The notes under the pieces: model-generated
Told to the model about the DNA's origin: nothing
What the model saw: only the letters and a program-made list of their open reading frames with translations
The model's database searches: none
Made by a program: the position numbers and the translations under genes
IMG/VR virus record: IMGVR_UViG_3300020042_009327
Location: 1-52,106 of that record
Strand: one strand, 5' to 3'
Origin: a virus
Lineage: Duplodnaviria; Caudoviricetes
DNA length: 52,106 bases
Part shown: piece after piece, positions 51,976 through 52,106 of the stretch
Numbering within the stretch: the stretch's first letter is position 1
How the letters are laid out: every line of letters begins with the position of its first letter

Positions 51976-52106
51976 GTGTATCTATAGTAATATCTCAATC
52001 ATTCCCAGAAGTTCAAAGCAAAAGGTAAAACTTTTTCAACAAAACTTATAAAAGACTGGGGGGTGGCGTAAATCAGATTCATTTTCCTTTTCAACTTTAA
52101 GTATTG

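Noticed and set aside
51834-52028. Listed + strand 64-aa ORF, and 51395..51688
   Set aside because: Translation of simple repeats or antisense of - strand genes; no leader
1-52106. Prophage or integrative element
   Set aside because: No integrase, repressor pair or host genes in the window, although part of the genome (e.g. DNA polymerase) appears to be missing

Overview
This window is most of the genome of an AT-rich lytic tailed phage with a podovirus-type, crAss-like structural module. The host is probably Bacteroidota, inferred from SD-less A/T-rich leaders and Bacteroidota-style lipoproteins. The + strand (~1.2-8.9 kb) carries SSB, primase-helicase, a thymidylate-synthase homologue, two MazG-like NTP pyrophosphatases, a resolvase-like nuclease and a class II RNR. 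The - strand (9.1-51.6 kb) carries a 3004-aa polyvalent protein, ejection proteins, tail nozzle and ring proteins, capsid, scaffold, portal, terminase, a tRNA(CAT)-like gene, GroEL, GroES, a tandem GroES-like protein, lysis genes and tail fibres. Best novel-system candidates: (1) the ThyA homologue has Asp at the dUMP-specificity Asn177 position and sits beside a GIY-YIG-like/MazG fusion and a second NTP-PPase, suggesting a dCMP-modification pathway; (2) the giant protein looks like a zincin-processed polyprotein with [FY]S-delimited cassettes, including a sigma-region-2-like domain and a PD-(D/E)xK nuclease; (3) two distinct repeated promoter-like motifs. Both ends of the window look like inverted, gene-truncating junctions, possibly amplification or assembly chimeras. 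All family calls come from reading motifs by eye; no searches were run.
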